A DNA stretch of 64,000 bases, from assembly GCA_013239625.1 (NCBI GenBank), contig MU054098.1, forward strand, positions 2,853,104 to 2,917,103. Direction: 5' to 3'. The stretch is from Lama guanicoe. Its lineage: Eukaryota. A program made the translations under genes and the position numbers. How positions within the stretch are numbered: the first letter of the stretch is position 1; every line of letters starts with the position of its first letter. This document shows, piece after piece, positions 63,334 to 64,000 of this stretch. The notes under the pieces are model-generated. The model saw only the letters and a program-made list of their open reading frames with translations. It ran no database searches and was not told the DNA's origin.

Positions 63334-64000
63334 CAGAATGTAAAGCAAAATAAAAGGTTTTGTTGCGACACCCTGCTTGATATCAGTCCCTTTTCAGAGG
63401 TTAAAAACTGTTGTGTAGAGGTGTCAATTATTGTCTCAGTGCATATAAAAGTACGAGAACCAGAACTGAGCTTTACCTGCCCCTCGAACCCAAGCCCTTG
63501 ACAGTACTCTGTTGTTCAGCTGCAGTAGCTTGTATTTCTGGGCCTCAAAATACATTACAGTACTTTGTTCCTTGCCTTGGGTAATGTTGACTAGAGCATT
63601 AAGAAGAAGACAGGGAAGCAAAGCAAATAAATGGAAATATTTTGATGACTTCATACCTTCCTTCATCTCCATTCTATAATAAGATATCACATAAAAGCCC
63701 ATAAGTGTTTCCTTTTCTGCTTTTGTATTTCCCAGATGCCTCCTCTACCCTGCAGTTATCTTTTAAAGTTTATGTCTAAACCTCTTATATGTTTGGGGAA
63801 GAAAAAGGGGGGTGAGGAAGCACAGTTGTTAAAAGCCACACTCTGTATAGCTCTAATCCATTAATCCCAACAATAAGCCGATAAATTAGGTGATAATATC
63901 CTCATTTTATAGGTGAGAAAAAAGTGAGTTCTAGAGACTATAATTATTTCTCTTAGTTATATAATTTGTAAGAAGTGGAGCCCAGGTAATTCCTGGTGTA

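Noticed and set aside
1..64000. CRISPR arrays, operons or other prokaryotic systems
   Set aside because: The sequence is mammalian. No regularly spaced short repeats were seen.

Overview
Eutherian X-chromosome DNA from the end of the BEX/TCEAL cluster. It is probably camelid, judging by four tRNA-Ala-derived Vic-1-like SINEs. There are two intact genes: TCEAL1 (+, CDS 23567-24046) and MORF4L2/MRGX (-, CDS 50640-51506, CpG-island promoter at about 60.8-61.7 kb). The first 18 kb is almost entirely L1, ERV and DNA-transposon debris. The main hidden structure is an old tandem duplication of a unit [block A - TCEAL promoter/gene - block B]. Unit 1 holds TCEAL1. Unit 2 holds a TCEAL1-like pseudogene that kept its CpG-rich promoter and splice sites but lost the ORF. 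Traces of a third unit end at the MORF4L2 poly(A) site. The promoters of the units are heavily diverged, but the two ~1-kb non-coding flanking blocks are nearly identical between units, which suggests ongoing gene conversion. Other highlights are a fossil MORF4L1 chromodomain in the last MORF4L2 intron, a frameshift-derived MORF4L2 N-terminus, an L1-mobilised LTR R-region-only retrocopy, and an apparently mutated TCEAL1 splice acceptor. All alignments and repeat family names were made by eye and from memory and need software confirmation.
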